Virus record (IMG/VR): IMGVR_UViG_3300041411_000129
Span: 1 to 64,000 of that record
DNA length: 64,000 bases
Reading direction: 5' to 3' (one strand)
Below the pieces are notes generated by a model. It was not told the DNA's origin, ran no database searches, and saw only the letters and a program-made list of their open reading frames with translations. The number at the start of each line of letters is the position of its first letter. The first letter of the stretch is position 1. Positions 37,324-45,649 of the stretch are shown here, piece after piece. The position numbers were made by a program, and so were the translations under genes.

Positions 37324-37698
37324 ATGCCTGAAGTTAAAGCAACACTCAGTCCAGAAGTGGAACGTTTCCACAATAACCTCGAGTTCACCCTCGAATGCAT
37401 CACCACTCCTGAAACAGTAAAGAAGATCCTCGACGATCTGGCTGCGAAGGGCTACCATCTGGAACTGTGGCAGAAGATGGCGCATCCTCCCAGGCTTCCC
37501 GGTAACTTTGACTTCAACGAAACCTACGAACCTGAGCGAGGCGCTCCGGATGCAGACGAAGGCATCTACGCTAACCTGGGTTATTACATCGCACGATACA
37601 CCGGTCTGAGCGTCCGTGCTGATCAGGTGGCATACCTGATGGGTCAGATGCGTGAAGAGCTTCAGTACGAGTTCTTCTACCGTCCAGTAACCGCCTAA
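37324..37698 (+). CDS. Hypothetical protein
   Basis: 124 aa, SD AAGGAG. Confidence 0.8.
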   Translation: MPEVKATLSPEVERFHNNLEFTLECITTPETVKKILDDLAAKGYHLELWQKMAHPPRLPGNFDFNETYEPERGAPDADEGIYANLGYYIARYTGLSVRADQVAYLMGQMREELQYEFFYRPVTA

Positions 37699-37701
37699 CG
37701 G

Positions 37702-37747
37702 CATACAGAGCGTGGGGCAACCCACGCTCTGCTTACTTCTTTTTTTT
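37702..37747. terminator. Bidirectional terminator, near copy of 16203
   Basis: CAGAGCGTGGG-GCAA-CCCACGCTCTG then T8. Confidence 0.9.
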
Positions 37748-37753
37748 GTCTGA

Positions 37754-38434
37754 TTACGCCGCTTTGACGTACTTCGACTGTGCGCCTTTGGCCATCTTGT
37801 TGTTGACCTTGTGCAGACACTCTTGACGCAGGATGATACCGTCGTTGTTCACGTCCAGACCTTTGTTAGGAACGAACTGAGCATCGCCGGTTTTCCACAT
37901 GACGTACGAGTCTGGCTTACCAACAGCTACTGGCCAGATGATCGCCATGTACAGATCGCCGAGATTAGAAATCTTCTTGGCGTACGGCTTGAAGTGCAGG
38001 TAGACGTATTCCAACTGCTCGACCTGAGACATCTTCGCCAAAGCTTCGACGGTAGTGCCCAGACCGATAGCAGTAGCCTTCATGAACTGGATGAGACCAG
38101 TCGCCGAAGATACAGGACTACGGGTACTGGCCTTGAACTCCTCACCGGTTTCCCACGCCATGCAAGACATGAAGTCCTGAATCATGACAGGCGGGAGGTT
38201 GAGACGTTTGATGATCTCAGCCAGCTTGGTGAGTTCGGCTTGAGTGAACTTCGTACCCCAGAGGATCTTGTTCACACCGAATGGACGCGAGGCATCGACG
38301 GTACTTGCCTTCAGTGCGTCAAGCGCACCTTGAGACCTGTTACCCCAGATACCATCAGCGATTCCACATGGGAACCCAGCGGCATTCAGATAGCCCTGGG
38401 TCTCCATGATTACTTCTTTCAGAGTTTGTGCCAC
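37754..38434 (-). CDS. Modular endolysin: peptidoglycan-binding domain plus lysozyme-like/lytic transglycosylase domain
   Basis: ADGIWGNRS (PG-binding), MAWET catalytic Glu, SSATGLIQFM. Confidence 0.9.
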   Translation of the reverse strand: MAQTLKEVIMETQGYLNAAGFPCGIADGIWGNRSQGALDALKASTVDASRPFGVNKILWGTKFTQAELTKLAEIIKRLNLPPVMIQDFMSCMAWETGEEFKASTRSPVSSATGLIQFMKATAIGLGTTVEALAKMSQVEQLEYVYLHFKPYAKKISNLGDLYMAIIWPVAVGKPDSYVMWKTGDAQFVPNKGLDVNNDGIILRQECLHKVNNKMAKGAQSKYVKAA

Positions 38435-38445
38435 GAGGCTTCTCC

Positions 38446-39069
38446 TTAAATGGTTTTGAGATGAGACAATGCAACTTGCACTGCGTCAAACTCACCAGTC
38501 GGAAGGATGACAAGGTCAACATGCTGTTGGACCGTATCGCGGGTGTAATCGATACCGAGGTTCTGAGACGTGAGGCTCAGAGGCTGGCCAGCGACTGCGT
38601 TGAACGCCATGGTCAATTCCACAGCGTCCAATCCAGCCCACTTGGCCATGGTTTCGACGAACACCTTGCTTTGAGCCAAGATGTTTGCTTTCTCAACAGT
38701 ACCGAGCATCTCAGCCCCTGCTTCCGCGTAATGCGTGTAGTAGGAGTTAACTGCCCAGTATTCTGCCATGATCGGCGTCGCTACAAGTCCGCGGGTAAAC
38801 GTGTCGAACCACTTAGTACCGTTGGGAGCATCCAGAAGCGTCCCAGCTGCGTACTGCGCGGCGGTTTCTGGCTTACTCGAGTAAGTCATCACCTGATACT
38901 CCAACACGCCTACAGAAGCTCTAGGGCCGTTACAGACCCAGCGTGCTGCGTGGATGCGAGCGTATTGAGCCAGCCCAGGCGCTCGGTACAGAAACAGCCC
39001 ACGATCCAGCCCGGCGTACGGGTTAGTCGATTGGACATTGGTAGGAAGTTCTGGTACTGGCTGTGTCAT
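38446..39069 (-). CDS. Hypothetical protein, possibly tail-fibre associated
   Basis: 207 aa at the end of the fibre cassette. Confidence 0.7.
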   Translation of the reverse strand: MTQPVPELPTNVQSTNPYAGLDRGLFLYRAPGLAQYARIHAARWVCNGPRASVGVLEYQVMTYSSKPETAAQYAAGTLLDAPNGTKWFDTFTRGLVATPIMAEYWAVNSYYTHYAEAGAEMLGTVEKANILAQSKVFVETMAKWAGLDAVELTMAFNAVAGQPLSLTSQNLGIDYTRDTVQQHVDLVILPTGEFDAVQVALSHLKTI

Positions 39070-39092
39070 CTAATCGTTTCCTTAAAGGATCA

Positions 39093-39830
39093 TTATAGAG
39101 GGTTCCACGACGATGGAAGCTTGACGAGGTTGTCGTAGTCGCCGAGTGTGGCAGGAATTGCAGAACCAATCGGGCTATGGCTGACGCGGAATGTGTCAAT
39201 CCGCAGACAGTTAGCAAACGACATCGAAACGATACCAGCAGGACCAGTGGTGATCCTGCCGATGTACATTACCGATACCGATTCAGGTGGAGAGTCAGCC
39301 CGACACTGATAAGTAACGATACCGAACGTCGAACGAACGTAAACGTAAAACGTCTTGTTCGCTGGCGCTGGATCGATAGCCAGTAGGTTGATTGACGTCG
39401 GTTGAAGAACGTAGGGTGTTCCGGACAAGATCGTGTTCATCACACGGTTGCACGATGCCACCCATCCGTTAAACGTCCACGACGCATTCACCTGCGGATC
39501 AGTCAACTCATCCACCCAACCGTAACTGGAGACAGGGACGATCGAGATCGGAACCTTCTGCCCCAATTTGTTGTTGATGGTGTTAGCTGTATACGAGCCG
39601 ATGGTATCCATAGACTCGTTGTGCGGATTGTTTCTTAACGCCTTGTGTGCCGCCAGCGCATCGCGCGCCGGCTTCAACAGACCTAACCAATCAAACGTAC
39701 CGATCAGATCAGCGTCATCCGCTTCAAGAGCCAATGCGCGCTTACGAGCGAGCAGACGTTTAATCTGCTCATCGTAGTGTCTGAAGTACTTACTGACCAG
39801 GAGATACCCGGCCGTAATAGGACCTGCCAT
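39093..39830 (-). CDS. Short tail-fibre protein (cassette B)
   Basis: Start at ATG 39830 (SD AAGGAGG); NNPH, NKTFYVY, RIDTFRVS..GSAIP. Confidence 0.8.
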   Translation of the reverse strand: MAGPITAGYLLVSKYFRHYDEQIKRLLARKRALALEADDADLIGTFDWLGLLKPARDALAAHKALRNNPHNESMDTIGSYTANTINNKLGQKVPISIVPVSSYGWVDELTDPQVNASWTFNGWVASCNRVMNTILSGTPYVLQPTSINLLAIDPAPANKTFYVYVRSTFGIVTYQCRADSPPESVSVMYIGRITTGPAGIVSMSFANCLRIDTFRVSHSPIGSAIPATLGDYDNLVKLPSSWNPL

Positions 39831-39841
39831 GGTGACCTCCT

Positions 39842-40522
39842 TTAAGTCGTCCAACCACTGTTGATGTTGGAAGGCGCAGCCTGAGTACCAGTAGATGCAG
39901 GGATAGCCAGACCACGAGGAACTTGAGTTACAGCAGCCTGACCTAGTCGAACAATCTGAACCATCGCCGGCGTATAAACACCACCAGCATAGTTCACAGC
40001 GCCGAAGATGATCTTGTTCAAGCTCTCAGTCACGTTGGTTGTAACTGCAACCGAAGCTACGCGGTTAGGCGCAAGTCCAGTGACGTTAACCACCACGTAC
40101 TGCCTGGCGGCTGTACTCAAGGTGAGGTTAGCAGCCGCTACGTTGACCTTACGACCTTGGAAGATCATGGTAAAGGCAGGGACGTTCAACATCCCTGCGC
40201 CTACCGTTACTGCTACCAAAGGAACCTTACTTACAGGTACTGCATCCTTTGGATAGTAGTTGACCTTCTGAAGATCGAACTGAGTCTTCGACATGCCGCC
40301 CAACAGAGCGAGAGTATCGCCGTGGGCGTTGACCGTGTCTTCGTGAGTCTTGACTTCCCCACGGATGATGGCAACAAGATCCGCAAGCGAATACCCATTG
40401 ATACGATCCGAGTTGTACGCACGAACGGCGAACTGAGCGGCTCGGTCGATGAGGCGCTTTACTTCCTCCTTCCACAACCCGAACTTGGTCTCTAAGTTCT
40501 GCCGGATCTCTTCTTCCGTCAT
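39842..40522 (-). CDS. Short tail-fibre protein (cassette B)
   Basis: NAHG, PVSK, GLAIP. Confidence 0.75.
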   Translation of the reverse strand: MTEEEIRQNLETKFGLWKEEVKRLIDRAAQFAVRAYNSDRINGYSLADLVAIIRGEVKTHEDTVNAHGDTLALLGGMSKTQFDLQKVNYYPKDAVPVSKVPLVAVTVGAGMLNVPAFTMIFQGRKVNVAAANLTLSTAARQYVVVNVTGLAPNRVASVAVTTNVTESLNKIIFGAVNYAGGVYTPAMVQIVRLGQAAVTQVPRGLAIPASTGTQAAPSNINSGWTT

Positions 40523-40524
40523 GT

Positions 40525-43461
40525 TTATCTCCAGTTCAGGCGGCCAGGTGTGTTAGGCGTACCGGACGTGAGTGGGATACCAGAACCTTGCGATGCACGA
40601 GCAAGAACCATTCCACCGATAGCCACCCGCTTCGCAGTGATAACTGCGTTGAGACCAGCGTTCGTAGTGGTGAAGTAACCTAGGTACAGAGAAGCCTCGG
40701 CAACCGGAGTCGCTGTAGAGCCATCAACGATCTTGTACGACAACACACCAGCGATCTTCACGATCCAGACGTGATACGTCTTGTTGATGTCCACCCCAGG
40801 CGTTAGCTCGTAGGTAGTCTGTCCAATCGACTGATAGACGCCATCCAACATAGCCGGCGCATCATCAGAGAAGTAAACAGTCCACGCACTCACCGTTTTC
40901 TGGGATACGATCACGATTGAGTTGTTGATGTTCGCAATCTGTGCATCGTAATACTGGTTGAGTCCCTGAGACGGCGGCGCGGATGTAGCCACCAATGTCC
41001 CAATCATCTTCGTACCGCAGTCAATCTGACCACGAATAAATTCGGATGATTTCGTGAAGTACAATCCACGGTTAGGGAAGTTCAAGAATCCGCAAGGTGC
41101 GACATGAACGTAGTTCCAGAAGGGATCACCGATGAACGACCAAACACCACCAGTCCATGTGGCGAGAATCATCAGCTGCTCACGGTCACCTGAAACCAGG
41201 TTAACTACCGGTGGCGTCAGGCCGAGTGTATAGCCGTTACTGGTTGGACGAATTACAGTTTGACCAGCCTCAGCCCAATAATCCAAGGAAATGGAATTAC
41301 TAGCCCCGTAGACACTATTCACTTGCGCAAATGTACCCGTCTGAAGACTGGCGGCGGTAACGTTTTGACGACTACCTGCGATGTCCACGCTATAAAGGAA
41401 CATGCGTGTGACACGATCGCTACCGATATACAGCCCGCTGACGAATGGTGGTAAGCCACCGTATAGCTGAGGTACGATCAACTCGAATAGCAGGTTCTCA
41501 GCGGTGTTCGGTCCGTAGTACAGACCGATACCTCGCGCAGCCAGATTGTTGATGATCTGCTGTTTGAGACTGTTCATCACCGCTGGCGATGTTTGCACAG
41601 TACCTGAGCTATTCATGTTGGTATCGATGTTGTACGCCCGAACCAACGGCCCATCTCGGCTGGTAAAACGCGCCTGACTAACGAAGAAGCCACCTGGACC
41701 CGATTCATTAAGCAACTGGATGGCATTACCTTCAGCAATACCCAGAGTGTTCAACTGATATCGGTTCTTCGTAGGAGAGAATCCGCGATAGGCGTATGCG
41801 GCAGTAACTGACGAGTATTGGTAGTCTGGGTTACCTTCCAATACAGATCTAACTCCCCAGCGACCGTATTGGTTAGCTGAATTCCGCGCGTTGTTCACGC
41901 AACTGACCACGTAATCGCCGATGTTGGAGTGAGCTGCAAATGACTCAGTCAAACCGCTACCATACCGACCAGTGAGGTTAGTGCCGAGGGTTTTAGGTCC
42001 CCAGAGTGTGCGAGCATCAAAGATGGTGAACGGGTCAGCGTTCTGAGGATAATCGATACGGTACAGAGTCCGCGATGTGTAATACGTGGATGTCTGGTGA
42101 GTCCACATCTGGTTGAACTTCGTGGTATATATCGATGCTGCCGATTGACCACCCAGCGTAGACAAGAAAATACCAGACGTAGCCAGCGGGGCAGCGGGGC
42201 TATCGTTGAACGTGAACACGGCGCCATTGTAGTTGATCACAGCCTTTTGGTTGTAATAACGAGCAACGTCAATAACCTTGTTGTCAGGGATCAGGAAGTT
42301 GAAAACGTAGTTCCGACCAATCTCTGAGGTCGCGCCATCCACAGCGTAGAACTGCTGATAGAACTGCTGGAAAACGTTGACACGCCCGTCTTCCCGAACC
42401 ATTACCTGTCTACCACAACTCGCGTTAACGAGTGAGTGCATCCCAGCTGGGCTACCAGTCATGACGAACGGAGTTTGACCGCTATCGAACAACTGGATGT
42501 CATCGCTACCAATAACACCGCCCGATCCACGGTTAATGGTCCAACCAGTCACACGTTCGAATCCACCCAACGTACCTGAGATCAGATTAGCGACAGGGCA
42601 CCGCCAAACTCGATAACCGATCTTATTTTCAGCGAAGAGATCGATCAGGAAGTAAGCCCAACCGCCTTTGATGTAACCCATAGGCACGCCGAACTGGGCA
42701 GGACCGGCGCCGGTATGTTCCATGTAGCCCCGAAGAACTACGTTGAAGAGATAACCTTCAGGAATGAAGAAGCCGGTATGTTTCGTGTGGTCCATCGTGT
42801 TATTTGTAAGCGACACGAAGTATCCGTTACGAGCTCCATCAGACTTGTTACACATCACGCCGATGATGAGATCTTGGCTACCATGAAGGATCGCCATTGC
42901 TCTCAAGCTGGCTGGGAAATAGGCCGGCTCATATCGGGTGTTGGACATGATGATCTTGGTGAGGTCCGTCTCTGTCTGCGCGTTGCGGATGTAGCCGTAG
43001 TAAACCCCTTTGGAGTCACCGTCAGTACCTGTCCGCAACATCATCAGAGTGCCGTTGTCCTCCATCATCATCGCCACGGTACTCCAAGGAGTCAGGTTAG
43101 AACCCGACTCAAAGGAACCAGTGATGTTCGGCGGAAGGAATTCACGGTCACCGTAGAAAGACATTGGAACGCCAGAGTCCGCATCCAAGATGAGGTCGAG
43201 GCTGGCGTCGAATTCTTCCTTGTTGTAACTGCCAAGACTGTTCGGAACATCCTTGTGGATATTCTGACCTTTCTTGTCGGTGTGTGCAGTTACTTCAGCA
43301 AGCAATTGTGCCTGAACTTGGGCAGCTGTTTTGTTTTCCAGCTTGTCGGCGTAATCAGCATGCTGGGTACGATCAGCTGGCCGTGCCAGCGCAGCCATGA
43401 GTTCAGTTTTGAATTCCCTGAACCCAGCAGCAACAGCAGCAAGGGCTGTAGTCTTCGACAT
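40525..43461 (-). CDS. Long tail-fibre/receptor-binding protein (cassette B)
   Basis: 978 aa; FESG, EDNGTL, GSGIP; paralog of 45650. Confidence 0.8.
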   Translation of the reverse strand: MSKTTALAAVAAGFREFKTELMAALARPADRTQHADYADKLENKTAAQVQAQLLAEVTAHTDKKGQNIHKDVPNSLGSYNKEEFDASLDLILDADSGVPMSFYGDREFLPPNITGSFESGSNLTPWSTVAMMMEDNGTLMMLRTGTDGDSKGVYYGYIRNAQTETDLTKIIMSNTRYEPAYFPASLRAMAILHGSQDLIIGVMCNKSDGARNGYFVSLTNNTMDHTKHTGFFIPEGYLFNVVLRGYMEHTGAGPAQFGVPMGYIKGGWAYFLIDLFAENKIGYRVWRCPVANLISGTLGGFERVTGWTINRGSGGVIGSDDIQLFDSGQTPFVMTGSPAGMHSLVNASCGRQVMVREDGRVNVFQQFYQQFYAVDGATSEIGRNYVFNFLIPDNKVIDVARYYNQKAVINYNGAVFTFNDSPAAPLATSGIFLSTLGGQSAASIYTTKFNQMWTHQTSTYYTSRTLYRIDYPQNADPFTIFDARTLWGPKTLGTNLTGRYGSGLTESFAAHSNIGDYVVSCVNNARNSANQYGRWGVRSVLEGNPDYQYSSVTAAYAYRGFSPTKNRYQLNTLGIAEGNAIQLLNESGPGGFFVSQARFTSRDGPLVRAYNIDTNMNSSGTVQTSPAVMNSLKQQIINNLAARGIGLYYGPNTAENLLFELIVPQLYGGLPPFVSGLYIGSDRVTRMFLYSVDIAGSRQNVTAASLQTGTFAQVNSVYGASNSISLDYWAEAGQTVIRPTSNGYTLGLTPPVVNLVSGDREQLMILATWTGGVWSFIGDPFWNYVHVAPCGFLNFPNRGLYFTKSSEFIRGQIDCGTKMIGTLVATSAPPSQGLNQYYDAQIANINNSIVIVSQKTVSAWTVYFSDDAPAMLDGVYQSIGQTTYELTPGVDINKTYHVWIVKIAGVLSYKIVDGSTATPVAEASLYLGYFTTTNAGLNAVITAKRVAIGGMVLARASQGSGIPLTSGTPNTPGRLNWR

Positions 43462-43488
43462 CGTAGAAACTCCTGGATGCGCTTTGGT

Positions 43489-44130
43489 TTAAAGTAACGC
43501 CAGTTCGCCAGCGGCTGTTTCGAAGCAGAGAGCGAGCTTCATGCAGAAGTCATCGATCGAATCGAACTTCTTGCCGACCTGAGTCAGAAGCAGTTGACGA
43601 GATGCCAGATCACCATCGCGGATAGCCGCGGCGATATCAGCATTGGACTCGACAACGTACTTCATGCCATACAGGTCGTAGGCGCTATGCAAGTGCGGTG
43701 CAGGAACGAACTGGGAAGGAACCCCGATAAGGTCACCCCACGCCACTGGGCGGTTATCGTTCTGCAACGCTTCGATGGCTTGTTTGAGTGCATACGTAGA
43801 GAATGAAAATTCACCACCTACGTACTGGCACGTCAGAAGGATGTTGGTACTGACATCTGGATTAACGATCTGCACTGCCGAGTAGACAGCTTGGCCGGCG
43901 GCGTTAGACGCTTCCCGGTAGTAGTGAACCAGGTTGTAGTCATCGACTGCATCCAGCTCACGACCGTTAGCCGCATCCTTGATGATGACGTTACCGCCGA
44001 AGAATGGACCGTAGTCAGCAACGAAGATCCGACCTTTCACCGATCCAATCGAGTGCGCCTCATCGATCACTTTGTTATCAGGACTTGTCCCGAAAAGGTC
44101 GAGAGGATATTTGAAGATAGTGTTAGCCAT
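43489..44130 (-). CDS. Virion structural protein, fibre attachment candidate (cassette B)
   Basis: YPLD..G...NKVI.E, GPFF, GG.F, P..H.H; paralog of 48570. Confidence 0.8.
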   Translation of the reverse strand: MANTIFKYPLDLFGTSPDNKVIDEAHSIGSVKGRIFVADYGPFFGGNVIIKDAANGRELDAVDDYNLVHYYREASNAAGQAVYSAVQIVNPDVSTNILLTCQYVGGEFSFSTYALKQAIEALQNDNRPVAWGDLIGVPSQFVPAPHLHSAYDLYGMKYVVESNADIAAAIRDGDLASRQLLLTQVGKKFDSIDDFCMKLALCFETAAGELALL

Positions 44131-44196
44131 TTCAGCATAACCCCGAAAGAAGAGGATTGGAGATTACTAGCCGTCTGAGTACAAAGGATTTGCGAC

Positions 44197-44916
44197 TTAC
44201 GAAATCCACGCAGGATTAAGTTGAGCCAACAAGTCAGGCGTGCTGGTAGTAACAGGGATTGCAGAACCTACAGGCGTTGCAGAGACACGGTACGTATCGA
44301 TGCGAGTAACCCGTTGGATAGCGAAGGAAGAGATCCCTGCGGCGCCAGTGACGACCTTACCGATGTACATCCTACCGCTTGTCTCGGCAAATGCATCTGG
44401 CGACACCAGATACTTGATTACAGACCCATCGAACCGCAGATAAACGAAGAACGTTTTGTTCGCCGCATTCGGTACGAGTGCGTTGAGGTCGATGTTGATA
44501 ATCGGAGCTGGTAAATCGTACCCAGCCATCATCGATGGAACTTGAGCCGTGAAGGACAGAACCCATCCAGAAAACGAGATGGGTAGAGCCGATCCAGCGA
44601 AATCACCATACCGGCTGATAGGCAGCGATCCACGAGGGATAGCGATACCCAACACTACATTAACCGTTGCGTTATCCACGCCATCAAGACTATCAGCGGT
44701 GATTCCGTGCGGGTTATTCCTATCAGCAGCGTGCGTTGTACCAATAGCTTTGCCGGCGTCAATGAGTGTGGTTGCTGTATCCGTTCCGATTAGTTTGGAG
44801 TTGTCGGCCAAACCAGCGGTATCCGGCTTCCTACTTAATGCCGCTAAGACTTTTACACGAAGCGCATCAAACGCGTCGTGCATTATCTGAATTAGCTGGG
44901 AATTATCTTCAGCCAT
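44197..44916 (-). CDS. Short tail-fibre protein (cassette A)
   Basis: NNPHG, PISRYG, NKTFFVY, RIDTYRVS..GSAIP. Confidence 0.8.
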   Translation of the reverse strand: MAEDNSQLIQIMHDAFDALRVKVLAALSRKPDTAGLADNSKLIGTDTATTLIDAGKAIGTTHAADRNNPHGITADSLDGVDNATVNVVLGIAIPRGSLPISRYGDFAGSALPISFSGWVLSFTAQVPSMMAGYDLPAPIINIDLNALVPNAANKTFFVYLRFDGSVIKYLVSPDAFAETSGRMYIGKVVTGAAGISSFAIQRVTRIDTYRVSATPVGSAIPVTTSTPDLLAQLNPAWIS

Positions 44917-44928
44917 GAGTTACTCCGA

Positions 44929-45645
44929 TTAACTTAACCAATCGTTACCGATGTGGTCGTTAAAGACCGGCAGGTCAGCAGTGCTAGGAATCGCCCCACC
45001 AACAGCATCTTTGGAGATACGGTAATGATCAAGCTTAGTCACTGCGGTCAGGTTAACTGCTGTAAACGTGTTAGCGTTGGTCGTTACAGTACCAATGAAG
45101 AAGCGAGTCCACGTTTCAATTAGCGTTGTTTCAGACACCGTGTACTGGGCAACGCCGCCGACAATTTCGACGTACACCTTGTACGTCTTGTTAGCAGGGT
45201 CACCGAACAGCGCTACGAAGTCGAGCGATTGCGCAGGGAGGCTGTAATACGTACCCCACATGAGCAAAGGGTTCTCTGTCAGGAAGTTCAGAACGAACTG
45301 AACGTAACCAGTCAAGACGATAGTCCCACCGAGATCACCAAACTGAGAGACGGGAAGAATACCTTGAACCAATTTCTCAGCCGCTGTTGCATTCACAGCC
45401 GCAGGTGTTGGTGCATCCAGAATAACTGGGGTTAACCCATGTGGATTGTTCGTCAACAGAGCGTGAGCTGAGATAGACGAATCGATTTGAGTTTTCATAC
45501 TCGACGGAATCACCCCATTGAGCGCGGTACTGTCGTCAGCAGTACCGGCCGTTGGAGCTTTCCGGGTCAAGATGCGAGTGATTTGGTTAGTGAACGATGT
45601 CACCTTCGTCTTCAGCTCTTCAATCTTTTCCAGAAGCGTTGACAT
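44929..45645 (-). CDS. Short tail-fibre protein (cassette A)
   Basis: NNPHG, PVSQFG, NKTYKVY, GGAIP. Confidence 0.8.
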   Translation of the reverse strand: MSTLLEKIEELKTKVTSFTNQITRILTRKAPTAGTADDSTALNGVIPSSMKTQIDSSISAHALLTNNPHGLTPVILDAPTPAAVNATAAEKLVQGILPVSQFGDLGGTIVLTGYVQFVLNFLTENPLLMWGTYYSLPAQSLDFVALFGDPANKTYKVYVEIVGGVAQYTVSETTLIETWTRFFIGTVTTNANTFTAVNLTAVTKLDHYRISKDAVGGAIPSTADLPVFNDHIGNDWLS

Positions 45646-45649
45646 TTGA

